Assembly: GCA_048886685.1 (NCBI GenBank)
Contig: JBHLKM010000007.1
Coordinates: 32,001 to 96,000 of the forward strand
Reading direction: 5' to 3'
DNA from: Candidatus Hodarchaeota archaeon
GTDB lineage: Archaea; Asgardarchaeota; Lokiarchaeia; Sigyniarchaeales; SOKP01
DNA length: 64,000 nt
Shown: positions 61,298-64,000 of the stretch, one piece after another
How the letters are laid out: the number at the start of each line of letters is the position of its first letter
Position numbering within the stretch: the first letter of the stretch is position 1
The notes under the pieces: model-generated
What the model was told of the DNA's origin: nothing
The model's input: the letters and a program-made list of their open reading frames with translations, nothing else
Databases searched by the model: none
Position numbers and translations under genes: made by a program

Positions 61298-61409
61298 CCC
61301 TAATAGGAATAAAATTTTTAAACAAAACCAATATAATTTATCTTGATAAATATATAAAACTTTAGAAAATCTTCTAATTTTTCTAATTTTTTATGAAAAT
61401 TGTTTAAAT

Positions 61410-61832
61410 CTAATTCTCATATACCTCTTTAGGATCAAAAATTCTTTTTCTAAATTCATTAAATCTTCCATTATTGAAAGTTCGATAAAAGCAAGAATAA
61501 TATCCTTCATGACAAGCAGCCCCAATTTGCTTTACTTTCATCAGAATTGAATCATTGTCACAATCTGTAATTATTTCTTCGATTTCTTGAAAATGTCCGC
61601 TAGTTTCTCCCTTTTTCCATATTTCTTGCCTTGATCTTGAATAGTAATGCATGAATCCCGTTTCTAAGGATTTTTTAATAGCCTTTTTATTAGCAAATGC
61701 GAGCATCAAAACTTCATTAGAATCTAAATTTTGGGCAATGACTGGTATTAATTCACCTTCAATTTTGGAAAAATCTAATAAATCTATTAAAACTTTAATT
61801 TCTTCTTTAGAAAATTTCTTCATACTTATCAA
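61410..61832 (-). CDS. hisI: Phosphoribosyl-AMP cyclohydrolase
   Basis: YYSRSRQEIWKKGETSGH, DCDND, ACHEGYYSCFY. Confidence 0.96.
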   Translation of the reverse strand: MISMKKFSKEEIKVLIDLLDFSKIEGELIPVIAQNLDSNEVLMLAFANKKAIKKSLETGFMHYYSRSRQEIWKKGETSGHFQEIEEIITDCDNDSILMKVKQIGAACHEGYYSCFYRTFNNGRFNEFRKRIFDPKEVYEN

Positions 61833-61879
61833 AATTTATGTATATATTTTAATTATTATTATTATTAAACGTCATTTTA

Positions 61880-62992
61880 ATGGAGATCATTATGGCTGAT
61901 AATTTTAAAATAGATCCATGGGGTGCCTCGACTCTCGAGGAGGAAGATTATGCTAGACTTATTAAAGAGTTTGGAATTGAAGAGATAACGGAATCTTTAA
62001 GGCAGAAAATGCTCAAAAATAGATTTATTAGGAGGAAAATTATATTCGGGCATCGAGATTTGAATCTTATTTTTAAAGCTATTGAAAAAGGTCAGCCTTG
62101 GGCAGTAATGAGTGGAATTAAACCATCCGGACCATTCCATTTAGGAACATTAACAACAGCCCTAGAAATCGTTGAATTTCAGAAAATGGGTGGAAAGGCT
62201 TATTATGCAATCGCAGATATTGAAAGTTGGGAAGACAACGGGATACCTTGGGATGAAGCTGAAGAAGCTGCAGTTGATAACATTGCTGATATCTTAGCAC
62301 TTGGTCTAGATCCTTCACCCGAAAAGGCGTATATTTGGCGACAATCAAAAGAACCAATCGTAAAAGATGTATGCTTTAAGGTAAGTAGGTTAGTCACACA
62401 GAATATGTTAAACGCTATTTATGGAGAACGAACATTTGGGCTTTATATTTCTTCATTAATCCAAGTTGGGGATATAGTTTTACCCCAAGTGTTAGACGGT
62501 TTACAACCAACAGTTGTACCAGTAGGTATTGATCAAGATCCGCATATACGACTCACCAGAGATTTAACTCGTAGAAATTACAAAAAATTTTTCTTACCAG
62601 GATCCACATATCATTATTTATTATCGGGTATAGATGGCTCAGAAAAAATGGCTAAGAGAAATCCGAATAGTTATTTTACGTTTAATGAACCTTATGAATC
62701 AATTGAAAGAAAAGTAAAGGGAGCTTTAACTGGGGGAAGGAGAAACCTGAAAGAACAACGTGAGTTAGGTGGAGAACCTCAGAAATGCATGATTTACAAA
62801 ATATTGATGTATCACTTTGAAGAAGACGATGAAAAATTGGCGAACGATTTTGAAATGTGTGCAAAAGGAGAATTAATGTGCGGAGATCATAAACAAGAAT
62901 GCGTCGAAAAAGTGTTAAAATTCATTAAAAATCATCGAAAGAAAAAGGAAAAACTAATCGACAAAGCTAAAAATCTTTTGAAAATTGACTAA
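61880..62992 (+). CDS. trpS: Tryptophan--tRNA ligase, archaeal type
   Basis: IDPWG, RRKIIFGHRD, GIKPSGPFHLG, PVGIDQDPH, TGGR...QRELGG. Confidence 0.93.
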   Translation: MEIIMADNFKIDPWGASTLEEEDYARLIKEFGIEEITESLRQKMLKNRFIRRKIIFGHRDLNLIFKAIEKGQPWAVMSGIKPSGPFHLGTLTTALEIVEFQKMGGKAYYAIADIESWEDNGIPWDEAEEAAVDNIADILALGLDPSPEKAYIWRQSKEPIVKDVCFKVSRLVTQNMLNAIYGERTFGLYISSLIQVGDIVLPQVLDGLQPTVVPVGIDQDPHIRLTRDLTRRNYKKFFLPGSTYHYLLSGIDGSEKMAKRNPNSYFTFNEPYESIERKVKGALTGGRRNLKEQRELGGEPQKCMIYKILMYHFEEDDEKLANDFEMCAKGELMCGDHKQECVEKVLKFIKNHRKKKEKLIDKAKNLLKID

Positions 62993-63001
62993 TTTTTTCT
63001 A

Positions 63002-63928
63002 TTAAATTAATTGTTTTAAAATCTGTGATAAGTCTTCAAGAAATTCTGGAAAATTAGTTAAGAGATCGTCTTTGTGGCTTTCTTTTGTTACAACTGAAAT
63101 AAAAAACAACTCTGAACCTAATTTATATCTATGTAAATAGGAGAAAAGAGTATGTTCACTTGATGATATATCATGATCATATTCATATGTCGATTCTTCT
63201 TCCATCCTTTTAAGTAAAAATAGGTGTTCCTTAATTGATTCTAACAATTCAACGTATACGTCGGGTTTTATATCACTATAATATTCAGAAATAATTATAC
63301 CATTTCGATCAAATACGAGCAAAGCCTGACTATTGAAAACTTCTATATATTTCTCTAATAATTCAGATAGTTCAAAAAATTTATCGTCAAATACAGAAAG
63401 TCCATATGAAACTAATTGAACAATGGAAATAATATCATAAATAGAAGTTTGTTGAAACAAGATTTTAAAATTCGAATATTTATCTGATATCCTTATTCGT
63501 AATTTATCAATGTCCTGTAAAATCTCTTCATTTCCTCTTAAATCCGGATCATACTTATGGAAAGTTATTATCAGAGGGACATCCATTTCACTTTCAGTAA
63601 AAAACGTTAAAATTGAATTTAAATACTCAAGCGAGTTCTCAAATCTTTCAGGATCTTGAATATCAATCACATATATTAATAAGTCAGTAGCATCAAAATA
63701 AACATCTTGATAATTAATATAAATGTCTCGGTATTGATCTTGTCCTCCCATATCCCAGAAGATCGTATTATTCCTCAGGAAATTCATCTTGTGATATTCA
63801 ACCCTAATTGTTGGCTTCAATTGAACAATATCCTTTTGAAAATCATATTTTTTATCTAAAGCAGTCAAAATCGAAGTTTTTCCTGCATTATCGAGCCCAC
63901 TAATGATTACTTTTAAAAGATTTTCCAT
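63002..63928 (-). CDS. Rag/Arf-like small GTPase with a C-terminal roadblock/longin-like domain
   Basis: GLDNAGKTS, WDMGGQ, HKYD, TSIYD; C-terminal LLVFDRNGIIISE. Confidence 0.88.
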   Translation of the reverse strand: MENLLKVIISGLDNAGKTSILTALDKKYDFQKDIVQLKPTIRVEYHKMNFLRNNTIFWDMGGQDQYRDIYINYQDVYFDATDLLIYVIDIQDPERFENSLEYLNSILTFFTESEMDVPLIITFHKYDPDLRGNEEILQDIDKLRIRISDKYSNFKILFQQTSIYDIISIVQLVSYGLSVFDDKFFELSELLEKYIEVFNSQALLVFDRNGIIISEYYSDIKPDVYVELLESIKEHLFLLKRMEEESTYEYDHDISSSEHTLFSYLHRYKLGSELFFISVVTKESHKDDLLTNFPEFLEDLSQILKQLI

Positions 63929-64000
63929 TGATTATACCAAATTTACGATTTTTAAATTTAATAAAATAATAGTCTAAACTAATTTAAACTTCTTGGATAG

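Noticed and set aside
2862-62864. Short antisense or overlapping ORFs in the track (e.g. 2862, 6195, 11486, 13842, 15061, 30105, 39472, 59091, 60339, 60786)
   Set aside because: Shadow frames of well-supported genes, with no motifs.
1-64000. CRISPR array, rRNA, tRNA, provirus or transposase
   Set aside because: I saw no regularly spaced repeats, cloverleafs, rRNA motifs or mobile-element proteins.

Overview
AT-rich archaeal chromosomal window, most consistent with Lokiarchaeia (Asgard archaea). This rests on a thermosome, an archaeal-type TrpRS, GGTGA Shine-Dalgarno (SD) motifs, three small GTPases (one Rag-like), a longin/uDENN-like protein and a Loki-style TPR protein. The left and middle parts (~0-44 kb) are accessory catabolic and redox genes: esterases, two ADP-forming acyl-CoA synthetase alpha subunits, SDRs, radical SAM enzymes, an LLM oxidoreductase, an alkyl sulfatase and AOR. 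The right part (~48-64 kb) is core-like and holds an hdrA(mvhD-fused)-hdrC-hdrB-metV-metF-lrp operon; a second stand-alone metVF pair lies at 10-12 kb. I found no rRNA, tRNA, CRISPR array, integrase or transposase. Four observations stand out. (1) A repeated insertion scar occurs at four sites (17.6-34.9 kb): an intact gene is followed by cargo genes and then an orphan, diverged copy of its own 3' end, with no mobile-element enzyme nearby. (2) A divergent CoiA-like nuclease / Whirly-like protein pair sits next to an unannotated structured non-coding region (44.8-47.2 kb). (3) An intergenic region at 17.1-17.6 kb is dense in GATC sites and hairpins. (4) The Moorella-type Hdr-MvhD-MetVF operon is present in an Asgard-like genome. 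All family calls are by eye from motifs; no database searches were run.
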